Positions 36,901 to 45,448 of a DNA stretch of 64,000 nt are shown piece by piece. Each line of letters begins with the position of its first letter. Position 1 is the stretch's first letter. Both the position numbers and the translations under genes were made by a program. The DNA is from a virus (Duplodnaviria; Caudoviricetes), in the IMG/VR virus record IMGVR_UViG_3300021295_000001; one strand, given 5' to 3'. Below the pieces are notes generated by a model. The model worked only from the letters and a program-made list of their open reading frames with translations. It did not search any database and was not told the DNA's origin.

Positions 36901-37801
36901 AGACGCGGAAAAACTTGATGGTCAGGATTCGACATATTACCTAAATTACAATAACTTAACCAACAAGCCAACAATCCCGACCGTGAATGACGGCACGTTG
37001 ACCATCCAAAAAAATGGTACTCAGGTCGCCACTTTTACTGCTAATCAAAGTGGTAACGCGACCGCTAACATTACGGTTCCAACGAAAGTAAGTGAACTTA
37101 CCAATGATAGTGGTTATACCACCAACACTGGCACAGTCACCTCAATTAAAGTTGGCTCCACTAGTTATGACCCGTCTAGTGGCGTAGTAAGCCTGCCAGC
37201 ATATCCAACGGTAAATAATGGCACTTTAAATATTCAAAAGAATGGAACATTAATTGATTCGTTTCATGCTAATCAAAGCACTGATACTACTATTAATGTT
37301 AGTGTACCTACCAAAGATAGTGACTTAACTAATGATAAATATGTTAACTATACTGCTGCTCAAAACCTTACTACTACCCAACAATCACGCGCACGCAGTA
37401 ATATTAATGCCAGCGCTCCTGTTACTTTGTATATGTATAAATTTGTCCTAAAATATAGTAGTTCTAATGACGGCTTAGAGATACATGCCATAGGATATAG
37501 TACTGCCTCTTATTCATCTTCTACTACAATCACTTATGTATTAGATGCATGGAGAAGTTGCTTTGGATTAAATGTTGACGTTCCTTGTAGCGGTGCTTTA
37601 CGCTCGGTTTATTTTGCATCTATGCTCCAGGTCCTTTCCTGTCGAATTACAAGTACCACTCCCGCCTCAGGTACTTTCTATTTTACCTATTTAAAACCTT
37701 ATAACAGTGCCTCTTCTACAAGTCTTACCTCTACCAGTAGTGGTGGTGAGTCAAACCTTTTTGGATGCTCAGTCACGCCTATTGGCTCAATGACAGTGTA
37801 A
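33929..37801 (+). CDS. long tail fibre protein
   Basis: GACTAAATT upstream; shared modules; DA.KLDG, VSELTNDSGY; AT-rich distal end. Confidence 0.8.
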   Translation: MANLKEVIYLTNEAYDTLVSTGTVTVNGVTINYDENCVYVTPDQLATTTQDGLMSASDKAVVDSLGSASAKNFTTSVTSGSSDLVTSGAVWTAIDNLPEPMVYKGTLGTGGTITSLPTASSSNEGFTYKVITAGTYASQSAKVGDVFISNGIAWTLIPSGDDVDDTWRGIKVNGTDLLGTGISTGAVNFKNGSNVTVSGSGNDVTIASSNYYPTAVSWSNGTTAGPTGTMTMSGTSNVSIPAIPDATTSRSGIVTTGAQSFGGNKRFDGSVSMNSSATVIGPLYVGEGIPISRNVGDAPKYTKFAGFDRRSGVLSGLTVFSGTGDWFFNADKKSTFTIRSTFKGNGAESDTYNANFYTLGVDDGVTLYNLFDWNLNSGWHVLPSKVSASTPAIIEVKSSSQMTYTDVLRLIITGHNGVDPSNNYSGTLTNYKIEVCTDYTNNTWVTVVERSGVEDKIGSCPMYALQTSTYTACFGIRLTITGCSVTGYGYAYIKITSLQLRDNRPDFTVPESVGAISSRGGNIYGNLIFDAKGSQQTFRPAVNNTGYLGTGSFKWASLDAVSINENGTPLSNKYQAKLSSQTAYSAKGTATKVPQITTNSLGQVTNISEVTIDADTVDGKHFTDVGMEFRGYRQLKVGAISVLKGTVTYAELIALTGVSYGSLYCASDQNKYYKRSSTNPSATGASCWIDCTSSYNEAAALPDQQASGDPYIYVKVNTHQKYWGQDVHFYVRPTYDNTSGSTKITGFARSQNNFLAEMVDYNGNKLLGIYQASSDTDIYYLKFGRYNSVYVDGPMAVINVYCNVDNNITLTYIPSSSSEYATVSGYSYFSIPSGGIKSNAMTHLLPIANNTYDLGANGRNWRDIYAQRLQLNGTNGISYAGTKATSGMITFYDNTVDANGNGIGIGGGGVTIVGSGESTSAVWSGIGSAAGSEYTYVASDNDVYVVTNMQNGWANRKTFDFSADGSFNATTLKEGGTSLADKYLGKTAKASDAEKLDGQDSTYYLNYNNLTNKPTIPTVNDGTLTIQKNGTQVATFTANQSGNATANITVPTKVSELTNDSGYTTNTGTVTSIKVGSTSYDPSSGVVSLPAYPTVNNGTLNIQKNGTLIDSFHANQSTDTTINVSVPTKDSDLTNDKYVNYTAAQNLTTTQQSRARSNINASAPVTLYMYKFVLKYSSSNDGLEIHAIGYSTASYSSSTTITYVLDAWRSCFGLNVDVPCSGALRSVYFASMLQVLSCRITSTTPASGTFYFTYLKPYNSASSTSLTSTSSGGESNLFGCSVTPIGSMTV

Positions 37802-37815
37802 AGGAGAAATAATAT

Positions 37816-38142
37816 ATGAGAATATTTAATCAAAATAAGACGCAAATAATTACTAATCCCGATTTAACAAAAGGGTATTTGGTTTTAGACACTATTCCTT
37901 TTGAAGATGCGGGTCTAGACGGAGAAGAAACTATCCTCGTCTACATCCCTTATACCGAAGCGGAACTTCACAAAATACACGCTGAAAACCGCATCGCAGA
38001 ACTCAAGAAACTCTTAGCCGATACTGATTACCAAGCCATTAAATTCGCAGAAGGCGAATTATCGAGCGACGAATACGAACCCACTAAACAAAATCGCCGC
38101 GCTTGGCGAGCCGAAATCAACCAACTCGAATCTCAGTTATAA
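37816..38142 (+). CDS. tail fibre assembly chaperone-like protein
   Basis: I.ELK..L.DTDY...K..EG....EY......R.AWR.EIN.LE motif; follows the fibre gene. Confidence 0.7.
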   Translation: MRIFNQNKTQIITNPDLTKGYLVLDTIPFEDAGLDGEETILVYIPYTEAELHKIHAENRIAELKKLLADTDYQAIKFAEGELSSDEYEPTKQNRRAWRAEINQLESQL

Positions 38143-38195
38143 GTTAGTAGGAGAATAAATATGGCTAATAATAAAATAACCGACGCCAATCGAAG

Positions 38196-38282
38196 TTTGC
38201 GAACCCGTTGCGAAGTTCCCCGAAAGCGCCGTAAAATGGCGCTTTTTCTTCGCTTTCTTTTTTGCGAACCGATTGCGAAGTT
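38196..38282 (+). repeat. two 22-bp direct repeats TTTGCGAACCNNTTGCGAAGTT flanking a terminator hairpin
   Basis: copies at 38196-38217 and 38261-38282. Confidence 0.75.
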
Positions 38283-38309
38283 GACGCGTCCGCCAATCCG
38301 TGATAAACT
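38281..38309 (+). promoter_or_regulatory. sigma70-like promoter
   Basis: TTGACG-N17-TAAACT with extended TG. Confidence 0.6.
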
Positions 38310-38329
38310 ATCCCTCGGAGGACATAACC

Positions 38330-38686
38330 ATGGACGAAAACGATTACTTCAACGCAATCGCCCCGTATCAGGACGCGCTCAAGGTGCTGATGGACCATGT
38401 GTCGTTGGTGAGGGATGGGCAAGGAAAAGCGAGCCTTAGGCTCAAGGGGGACGACGATTGGCGCGCGCTCACCGAAAAGGAAGCCGACGCGCTCTCTAAC
38501 TTCATGGACGCCGAGAGCCCGAAACCGCGCAGGAAAATGCTTTACGCGGAAATCGTGCCACCTTACGATATGGCCGAACTCGTCGCTAAACTAGAGAAGA
38601 AATACGAGGGCATGGGCGTGAACGTTCGGGCAATCGAGATGGTCGGTGGCAACTACTGGGTCGAGGCCGTCATGGAACTGGATTGA
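38330..38686 (+). CDS. hypothetical protein
   Basis: GGAGG RBS. Confidence 0.7.
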   Translation: MDENDYFNAIAPYQDALKVLMDHVSLVRDGQGKASLRLKGDDDWRALTEKEADALSNFMDAESPKPRRKMLYAEIVPPYDMAELVAKLEKKYEGMGVNVRAIEMVGGNYWVEAVMELD

Positions 38687-38746
38687 CGCCAGGTTGACTT
38701 ACGCGTGGATTCGTGATACAATATCCAGTAGTGGGAGGTTCCTAAT

Positions 38747-39025
38747 ATGACTTGCAAGCAACTCATGGGCATGGCCGATGGCGACGTGTTCGTCATCGTG
38801 CGCGGAAGGGACGACAGGTCCCTCGTGGAATTCGATTCCAAATGCCTGTTCGACGGAGGGCGCGCGTATAGGCACGGCTCGTTCGTGTACGACGCCGACA
38901 GCCTCGATTTCCCGACCGACGACGACTTCACGGAACTGGTGCGCGCAATCGACATCAGGCACAAGCGGGAATTGGAGTACGCGTCCCGAATGTACGCCAA
39001 GTGGAAGCCCTCTTCCAAGAAATAG
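38747..39025 (+). CDS. hypothetical protein
   Basis: TTGACT-N17-TACAAT promoter upstream; GGAGGT RBS. Confidence 0.75.
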   Translation: MTCKQLMGMADGDVFVIVRGRDDRSLVEFDSKCLFDGGRAYRHGSFVYDADSLDFPTDDDFTELVRAIDIRHKRELEYASRMYAKWKPSSKK

Positions 39026-39054
39026 AAAAAGACGGTCCGTCATGGCCGTCTTTT
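39026..39054. terminator. bidirectional terminator
   Basis: AAAAAGACGG...CCGTCTTTT between convergent units. Confidence 0.75.
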
Positions 39055-39061
39055 CATTTCG

Positions 39062-39436
39062 TCATCGAGCGTCTTTCCCGCCAACCTGCATAGAGACATA
39101 GTAACCGCACCGTTTGCCGTCGGCGTCCAACGTCTCGGAGATGTTGACGTCGCGAGCCCCTTCGAGCGCCATCACCATGGCCAGGACCTCCGCGTTCTTC
39201 TCACGCGTCCTGTCATTGTATTTTTTCTTTTGGTCGAGGTATTCGTAGTCGCCCAGAACGGGGTCCGCCGTTGGTTTCCCCCAGTAATAATGTCCGTCGA
39301 CGTCGTCGAGCACGGCCTCAATCGCCTTTTCTTCCCTCTCCTTGCGGTCGTCGAGTTCCGCTTCCTTGTCGGTGAGTTCGAGATACCTGTTCAGGGGCAA
39401 CGTGACCGTCACGCCCTCGTGTTTGTTCGTTTCCAT
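39062..39436 (-). CDS. hypothetical protein
   Basis: RBS; last gene of the minus-strand operon. Confidence 0.7.
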   Translation of the reverse strand: METNKHEGVTVTLPLNRYLELTDKEAELDDRKEREEKAIEAVLDDVDGHYYWGKPTADPVLGDYEYLDQKKKYNDRTREKNAEVLAMVMALEGARDVNISETLDADGKRCGYYVSMQVGGKDAR

Positions 39437-39443
39437 CGGTTCC

Positions 39444-39776
39444 TCACTTCCTGATGCCCAGCGCCTTGGCGAGCGCCTCGTATTCGTCCCTGTCGAGGCC
39501 GACCCTTTCGGTGGACGGCCATCCGTCCTCGTCAATCGGGTATTCCACGTAGTAACACCCCATGAAGCCTTCCTTCGGCAGTTCTGGGACCTCGAACAGT
39601 TCGTTCGCCCAGAGTTTCCTGACGGCCTTCCTCAGGGCTTTGTAGTCCCGTAGGTCCCTCAGGATTGCGTCCCTGTCGGCCGTCGCCTCAATCACGTCCT
39701 CTGGCGACATCGCGCCTATTTCCGCGTCCATAAGGACGTATTTGGCCAGCCTCTTGGCCGATTCCTCGCCCTTCAT
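39444..39776 (-). CDS. hypothetical protein
   Basis: ATGA coupling. Confidence 0.7.
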   Translation of the reverse strand: MKGEESAKRLAKYVLMDAEIGAMSPEDVIEATADRDAILRDLRDYKALRKAVRKLWANELFEVPELPKEGFMGCYYVEYPIDEDGWPSTERVGLDRDEYEALAKALGIRK

Positions 39777-40342
39777 GCACGCCATTCCTCCACGTCTATC
39801 TGGCACGAGCGCATGACCTTGAGCGCTGCCTCGTGGTTCTCCTTGGTCGTCCCAGCGCACAGGTTGGAGTAAACCACCATTCTGGCCTCTGGGTACAGTT
39901 CCTTCAGTATCAGCGCGTTGGAGATGACGCAGATGTCCGTGCAGGTCCCGACGAGCGTTATCGTCTTCGGGTCGATGGATTCGTAATACGCCTCCCAATC
40001 GGCCCCGAACCTGTCCTTGCAGACGTCGGTGTGCCACACGGCTTTGCCGTCGCGCGCCATCGTGGCCATGTCCAGCGCGTCCTGCAGTTCCAACGGGTAT
40101 TCCCAACCCTCCGTACCAGACATGCAATGCGGTATGGGCAACCTCCTGCCCTCCTGCGTGTCGAGGTAATCGCCGTAATGCGTGTCGTGCGTTACGAAAA
40201 CCATGTCGTAACCGCCTTTCTCCAGCATTTCGCAGAGGGGCTTGACGATTGCCTGCGCGTCGGGGTTGGCCAACGACCCAGTGATGAAGTCGTTCTGCAT
40301 GTCCACGACGACCAGCATGTTGTCAATGGCCAGCCTGCTCAT
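39773..40342 (-). CDS. pncA: nicotinamidase/isochorismatase-family cysteine hydrolase
   Basis: VVDMQNDFITGSL, HDTH, PHC..GTEG and GTCTDICVISN motifs. Confidence 0.85.
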   Translation of the reverse strand: MSRLAIDNMLVVVDMQNDFITGSLANPDAQAIVKPLCEMLEKGGYDMVFVTHDTHYGDYLDTQEGRRLPIPHCMSGTEGWEYPLELQDALDMATMARDGKAVWHTDVCKDRFGADWEAYYESIDPKTITLVGTCTDICVISNALILKELYPEARMVVYSNLCAGTTKENHEAALKVMRSCQIDVEEWRA

Positions 40343-40548
40343 CGCCTCGCCTCCGTGTCCTTCATGACGCCTGGTATGAGCCTGAGCAGGTCCCTCCATG
40401 CCCTTTCTGCCACGTCCTTGAACTCCTTGGCCGATTCTGGGATGTCGTCCTCGACGAACAGCGCGTCCAGTCTGTCCAGTTCCTCGGAAATCGTGCCAGA
40501 AATCCTCAGGCACGCCTTCCTCAATCTCCTATTGAACTTCCTATCCAT
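40339..40548 (-). CDS. hypothetical protein
   Basis: coupled small ORF. Confidence 0.6.
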   Translation of the reverse strand: MDRKFNRRLRKACLRISGTISEELDRLDALFVEDDIPESAKEFKDVAERAWRDLLRLIPGVMKDTEARR

Positions 40549-40837
40549 TGGACACCCCCTTCGCTTCCTTCAGGAATTCGACCAACTCGGCCTTCGGGCA
40601 GTCCTCGAACTCGAGGAACGCCACCGCGTAGCATTGCTTGTTGTAATAGGCGAACCAATTCCAATCTGCCTCGCATTCGCAATTTGGATACCACCCATCG
40701 CCGAACGTCACGCCCTTCCTGTATTCGCACACGATTGGCGTGCCCAGCGTCCAGCCAGTGTCCTTCTCCACGAATTTGACGAGAACCCAATCGCGTGGCT
40801 TCTCGAAGTACTCCTTTATCGGCTTCCCTCCGCTCAT
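40541..40837 (-). CDS. hypothetical protein
   Basis: coupled ORF. Confidence 0.65.
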   Translation of the reverse strand: MSGGKPIKEYFEKPRDWVLVKFVEKDTGWTLGTPIVCEYRKGVTFGDGWYPNCECEADWNWFAYYNKQCYAVAFLEFEDCPKAELVEFLKEAKGVSNG

Positions 40838-41253
40838 AGCAACTCGAACCTCCATTCCCATCCGTCGTCGTCCATTTCCTGATTGACGGCCTTGGCGACG
40901 TACCTTAGGCCGTTCTTAGTCCATATCGCCCCATAGAACCCGACGCGCGAATCCCTGTCTTTCGTAAACGGCCCCTTGTCCGTCGCGTCCCAGAGTTCAT
41001 GCGCGTGGTCCCCGAATGTTCCAGCGTATGGCAACGGGCCACATGCGATGGCCACGTCGAGCAATTCGTCGATGTTGCCAGCGACCACGAACTTGCCGTA
41101 AAGCATTTTGAAGAACCAGAGGTTGATGGGGTCATTCGAGGCGATTGACACGAAGTCAACCACGTCCCACGATATGATTCTCTCGCCCTCGGTCCCGATG
41201 TCCACCCTGAGGTAAACGTTGTTGTAATCCGCTTTGCGCCTGCCGTTCCTCAT
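40834..41253 (-). CDS. hypothetical protein (YGAIW..L.YVAK family)
   Basis: paralog of 44715 and 50268. Confidence 0.7.
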   Translation of the reverse strand: MRNGRRKADYNNVYLRVDIGTEGERIISWDVVDFVSIASNDPINLWFFKMLYGKFVVAGNIDELLDVAIACGPLPYAGTFGDHAHELWDATDKGPFTKDRDSRVGFYGAIWTKNGLRYVAKAVNQEMDDDGWEWRFELL

Positions 41254-41486
41254 TCCGTCTTATTATACACGCACACCTTGAAGCACCTACTGCCCCTGAC
41301 GTGCACGTAGTAAAGGAAATCGCCTTTTACGAACCTCATGATTTGGTACGTATCGTCGACGGTGAGGACGTTCTCGGGGATGCCGTGCATCAGTTCGACG
41401 AGGATGTCCACCATGGGCATCACGTCGCTTCGGTTGTCCGCGAGCAACCTCCTGGACAGCCTGTAGTTGACCTTACCCCTGAGCAT
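41250..41486 (-). CDS. hypothetical protein
   Basis: coupled ORF. Confidence 0.55.
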   Translation of the reverse strand: MLRGKVNYRLSRRLLADNRSDVMPMVDILVELMHGIPENVLTVDDTYQIMRFVKGDFLYYVHVRGSRCFKVCVYNKTE

Positions 41487-41979
41487 CTTGGTCACTCTCG
41501 GCCTTTCGCTCGATTTTCCTCTCTCGGCGCCAGTCCAACAGCATCCCGAGGCCGATTGCGACCACAGTGGCGAAGCAGAACGCTCCAAGCGCCGTCGCCC
41601 ATGGCCCAGCCTCCACGTCTATTATACAGCAGTCGGTCGATTTGTCGTAGAACAGGGCCATCCTTCTGTTGATGTCCTCAATCTCCGCTTGCATCACGTC
41701 CCTGTACTCCTTGAGTTTGCGCAACGCCTTCTCCCGAGCCTCGCGTTCGCCCATCAGTTCCTCCTCATAGAAGATTTTGTGGGTTACGTTACCGCCCAGG
41801 ATGTCGCGGACCGCCACCTTGGACCCTTTGTCGATGAACCTGCATAAATACGCTGGCTCATCCAACTCGTCGCATTCCCTGAGGACCTCGACGCACCTTA
41901 CCCTGCAGTGGGACAGGCCGTCCCCGTACACGACGTAGGCGACGTCGGGCGGTGCGTATTTGTATTCGAACTCAGCCAT
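41473..41979 (-). CDS. SH3-like/coiled-coil family protein with C-terminal TM segment
   Basis: KY...DVAYV N-terminus; hydrophobic tail. Confidence 0.65.
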   Translation of the reverse strand: MAEFEYKYAPPDVAYVVYGDGLSHCRVRCVEVLRECDELDEPAYLCRFIDKGSKVAVRDILGGNVTHKIFYEEELMGEREAREKALRKLKEYRDVMQAEIEDINRRMALFYDKSTDCCIIDVEAGPWATALGAFCFATVVAIGLGMLLDWRRERKIERKAESDQDAQG

Positions 41980-42328
41980 TCGCTTCCCTCCTTAGCCTTT
42001 CCAATTCGCGTTCGTGATACGCTATCTGCGCCTTGACGGCGTCTTCCTTGGTCTTGGCCTTCGCCTTCTCCAATTTCAAGTACGCCTCGTAGGCCTCGTC
42101 CTTCGTCTTGAACATCATGTCGTTGTTTTGGATGGCGCTGTAGGATTCGCGCCTTGAGTCGTAATAACGGTGCGCCCAATACGTGATTAACGGCCTGCTC
42201 GCACCGCAGAACGTCACGTCCACCCTGTCGAGTTGCATCGTCATCATCATGGTGTCCGAGTGGCCATTCCCGTCGTCCAGGTAATAGAAGACGCTCCCCA
42301 CCTCGAATTTTGTGTCTACGGTCGTCAT
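41972..42328 (-). CDS. hypothetical protein (TKF.VG family)
   Basis: MTTVDTKFEVGSVFY; F.TK.EA motif. Confidence 0.7.
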   Translation of the reverse strand: MTTVDTKFEVGSVFYYLDDGNGHSDTMMMTMQLDRVDVTFCGASRPLITYWAHRYYDSRRESYSAIQNNDMMFKTKDEAYEAYLKLEKAKAKTKEDAVKAQIAYHERELERLRREANG

Positions 42329-42708
42329 TTTTCTTCCTCCAGTTCCTCTTTGGTAAATGCCCACATGACGCCATAAGCGTTCATGTCAAGTCGTTTCTTA
42401 CAAGGTGGTTCAGTTTTTAGATAGATGATACATCTATCACTTTTCTCTTCGTCTCGAGTGGCTTTTTGGTAGTGCACTTCATCTATCGTCCTTTGGTAAT
42501 AATCGCTTATAACATATACCGTGTCTCTTTTTTTCACATCGGAGAAGATTTTGGCAAATCTTTTTTTGAAAAAGCGGTTTACCCTGTAGCGATTTAGCGG
42601 TTCTTTGACAAGCATTATTATTACCGCGATTAAGGCTATGACTATGATGCCCAAGATAATCCAGGCCCCAATGACTTTCGTCTTCGCCCATTCTTCAATC
42701 CAGTTCAT
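42325..42708 (-). CDS. membrane-anchored hypothetical protein (YG..WA.TKEELE family)
   Basis: N-terminal TM segment; C-terminal motif. Confidence 0.7.
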   Translation of the reverse strand: MNWIEEWAKTKVIGAWIILGIIVIALIAVIIMLVKEPLNRYRVNRFFKKRFAKIFSDVKKRDTVYVISDYYQRTIDEVHYQKATRDEEKSDRCIIYLKTEPPCKKRLDMNAYGVMWAFTKEELEEEK

Positions 42709-42709
42709 C

Positions 42710-43351
42710 TTATTCTACCTCCACATAAGACCAACTCTGGGGAGCGCGTTTGAGCCTCCTCTCCTCCTTGTTCCTGTAGTAATCCACCATCGACTCGTAA
42801 TCGTGGTGATAGGTTTTCGGAAGGGAGAAGAACTCGCTTAGTTCCTTCGGCTCATCGAAAACCTCTAGGTCGGAGATGTGCCAAGCGTAGCCAATCATTC
42901 CAAGCGGGTTATTGGAGCCGAGGCATTTTGTATCTAAATAGCGGACGACCTCGAAAGGGCTTATGCACGCTTCCTTGCATATCCGATTGTGCTTTCTTAT
43001 CTCCTCGTTGTATTTCGGTGCGTTGCCTTCGTGTTTTATCTCGCTTATAAAATCAAATTTTTCCACTTCCTTAAGCGTGAACTTCGCGACGACCTTGCCA
43101 TTCAACGGACCGTCCAGTTCGGATGTCCCGACGCATTTCATCTTCTTGTCATCGTCCTTGAATTGATGGACGCAGAAACGGGTGGCGTCGTTGGTCAAAT
43201 GCGTGAGGGAATAACCGTGCGTGCAATAGATATACACATCTATCGGCAACTCGCACTTTGGCTCGGTCTTGCGGATTTCGATGGTTTTCTCCTCATTGAG
43301 GATTTTCTCCACCCATTCGGGGCGGATGCTGATTAGGATTGCTTTCTTCAT
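42710..43351 (-). CDS. ASCH/PUA-like domain protein
   Basis: ILISIRPEW..KIL..EKTIEIRK, YAWHISDL and RAPQSW.Y motifs. Confidence 0.85.
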   Translation of the reverse strand: MKKAILISIRPEWVEKILNEEKTIEIRKTEPKCELPIDVYIYCTHGYSLTHLTNDATRFCVHQFKDDDKKMKCVGTSELDGPLNGKVVAKFTLKEVEKFDFISEIKHEGNAPKYNEEIRKHNRICKEACISPFEVVRYLDTKCLGSNNPLGMIGYAWHISDLEVFDEPKELSEFFSLPKTYHHDYESMVDYYRNKEERRLKRAPQSWSYVEVE

Positions 43352-43641
43352 TATTCCCAATCCTCCATTTGTTTTGCCGCTTCCTTCCAATGTTTTAATG
43401 TATCCTCAAAATTGGCGATTATCCTCAAAGCCGCTTCTTTTCTAGTGAAAAACCACCAAACCCCATAATCTTCATACAAAAACTCAATTGAGAGATTTGG
43501 ATAAAAATCATCATAATCGGCAACGATGAAGGATTTTTCTCCTAAGAAGCCGACAAATGCCAAATGTATTGAGTCGTCCCCATACTTGAGATATACGGTC
43601 TGACCTATTTCTGGTTTTATTTCTTTCTTATTCATCGCCAT
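43351..43641 (-). CDS. hypothetical protein (KP.IGQ.VY...YG..WF.T..EA family)
   Basis: paralog of 44446. Confidence 0.7.
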   Translation of the reverse strand: MAMNKKEIKPEIGQTVYLKYGDDSIHLAFVGFLGEKSFIVADYDDFYPNLSIEFLYEDYGVWWFFTRKEAALRIIANFEDTLKHWKEAAKQMEDWE

Positions 43642-43648
43642 TCCTCCT

Positions 43649-43834
43649 TCAGTCTAGCATCTCGAATCTATCGGCTTTTGCGCCTTCCAATTCCTCAATG
43701 CCTCTTTGGTCGATGATAATCGTCATATGCGGATGCATATATTTTTGGGCGTATTCCTCCGCTATTTTCTTTAGTTTTTCCCAGCATTGTTGTTTTTCCT
43801 TTTGGTATTCTCCGCGTTCTTTGGTGGTCACCAT
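43649..43834 (-). CDS. small conserved phage protein
   Basis: HPHMTIIID...E..EG motif. Confidence 0.6.
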   Translation of the reverse strand: MVTTKERGEYQKEKQQCWEKLKKIAEEYAQKYMHPHMTIIIDQRGIEELEGAKADRFEMLD

Positions 43835-44202
43835 TTTTTCACCCCCAACTTTTCTAACTCTTCTTTTGTCAGTGCCCATGTTTTACCGTGTTCTTCAAGA
43901 GGGAAGTACTTATCCCAGTGACTCTCTATACCACAGTCAAAATCGACATTGTGTTTTACCAAGCATTTACCTCTGACATCCAACGTGGGGATGCAATAAC
44001 CCCCGTAACCCTCACAAAGGACATAGTAGATTCCATTCTCCAATGCTTTGAAAACAATGTCTGCGTCAATTCCCAACTTCTCCTCTGTGTCTTCCAAAGC
44101 GCCTAGTTTTTGGGCTAAAGAATAACGGTCGAAGTCGTCTAGAGGAGGTAAAACATATAACATGTTTCCTTGCGCCGTTTTTGTTTTGCTTGTGTATCTC
44201 AT
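43828..44202 (-). CDS. hypothetical protein (KLG.LED.EE...GKTWALTKEELE family)
   Basis: paralog of 47982. Confidence 0.75.
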   Translation of the reverse strand: MRYTSKTKTAQGNMLYVLPPLDDFDRYSLAQKLGALEDTEEKLGIDADIVFKALENGIYYVLCEGYGGYCIPTLDVRGKCLVKHNVDFDCGIESHWDKYFPLEEHGKTWALTKEELEKLGVKKW

Positions 44203-44444
44203 AGAATTTCAATCCCTCCGTCCTCGCAAATTATAATCTGCTTGTTTGGAAACATCTTTTTGAATTCTTTTCCGCTTTCCCAACCAAATTTCATATAAAT
44301 TCTATACAAAACGTCGGCGATTGTTTCCTTTTCGCCATGGAAAACGAATGGTGAGGAAACGATGCCGTCCACCATAACATTGAAACCGTAACCAGTATCG
44401 TAAATGGAAATGACGACAATGTCTTTCATCTCATCGTTTGCCAT
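44199..44444 (-). CDS. hypothetical protein
   Basis: RBS; coupled ORF. Confidence 0.6.
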   Translation of the reverse strand: MANDEMKDIVVISIYDTGYGFNVMVDGIVSSPFVFHGEKETIADVLYRIYMKFGWESGKEFKKMFPNKQIIICEDGGIEIL

Positions 44445-44445
44445 G

Positions 44446-44718
44446 TCATTCTCCTTCCTCTTCTTCCTTCGTGAAAGCGCGGATATGGTCGTTCCACTCG
44501 TAACCGTTCCGTTTCAGCCATTCAAGGGCTTCTTCCTCCGTTAGAAACCACGAACTTCCATAACCAGCAAAACAAATGGGTTTATTGTGTATATAATCGA
44601 CCTGCCCGTAGCAAAGGAAGCGTTCCTTGCCGATATATTCGACCGTCATCTTCTTCAAATATTTATCACCCAAGAAACTGCCGATATGCCATATTTCCTG
44701 TCCCAATTTCGGTTTCAT
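44446..44718 (-). CDS. hypothetical protein (KPKLGQ family)
   Basis: paralog of 43351. Confidence 0.65.
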   Translation of the reverse strand: MKPKLGQEIWHIGSFLGDKYLKKMTVEYIGKERFLCYGQVDYIHNKPICFAGYGSSWFLTEEEALEWLKRNGYEWNDHIRAFTKEEEEGE

Positions 44719-45077
44719 AGCAATTCGAATTCCCCTTTCTCGTTCATCTTCGCGACAAAGGAAATGCAATCCCCCCAACTATGAACCGCGCCATATACCG
44801 AGTACTCATAAGGACTGTTAAGATGATACAACTCGTAGAAGTCCGAGGGGTCCGAACGAATTTCTATCGTCCAAGGCAGTTCTTTTCCGTTCTCCTTCAT
44901 GAAGGAGATGACGTAATCGCAAAGCCCAAGAATCGAGTCGGATTCTTTTTCTACGTCGTCAAAACTAATTGGCATTTCAGGTCTCAAGCGTAAATTGGAA
45001 TCGACGATATATTCGTAATCGTTTTCACGGATTACCTCGTAAATGTACCCAAGTTTCGTCATGATGTATTTCTTCAT
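44715..45077 (-). CDS. hypothetical protein (YGA..VAK...GE.ELL family)
   Basis: paralog of 50268 and 40834. Confidence 0.7.
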   Translation of the reverse strand: MKKYIMTKLGYIYEVIRENDYEYIVDSNLRLRPEMPISFDDVEKESDSILGLCDYVISFMKENGKELPWTIEIRSDPSDFYELYHLNSPYEYSVYGAVHSWGDCISFVAKMNEKGEFELL

Positions 45078-45436
45078 CGGCCGTCCTCCAAAACCCCCAT
45101 ATCGAAACCCGATTCGATGAACTTGACGCACAGGGCGCGGTTCACTCCGTTGCCCAAACGCGCATAGATTCTTTCCATTTCGTCTTTGGTGAACGTGAAT
45201 CCGAAATAAGCGCAAATCCCATCGAAATGGTATTTCTTGCTCTGCCATGAGCCGTTTATGGCCGCTCCGCTACAGAATTCAAGAACCTTGCAATCCAGTT
45301 CCAATTCCGTCGCTACGTTATCAAGCATGAAGAATGTGTTGGTCCTCGGGTATATTATCATCTCGTTGGAACGGTTCACGAATGCCTTCGGGAAGCACGC
45401 GAGCACCCTCGTGAGTTCTTTGCTTTCGTTGTTCAT
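45074..45436 (-). CDS. conserved Bacillota-phage hypothetical protein
   Basis: CKVLE..S...IY.RLGNGVNR.L...FIESG.D motif. Confidence 0.75.
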   Translation of the reverse strand: MNNESKELTRVLACFPKAFVNRSNEMIIYPRTNTFFMLDNVATELELDCKVLEFCSGAAINGSWQSKKYHFDGICAYFGFTFTKDEMERIYARLGNGVNRALCVKFIESGFDMGVLEDGR

Positions 45437-45448
45437 ACGTTCTTCCTC

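Noticed and set aside
22212-37801. Diversity-generating retroelement suggested by the Mtd-N-like ORF and fibre genes
   Set aside because: No reverse transcriptase and no TR/VR pair differing only at adenines was seen in the window
38196-38282. CRISPR mini-array
   Set aside because: Only two 22-bp repeats, the spacer is a terminator hairpin, and there are no cas genes
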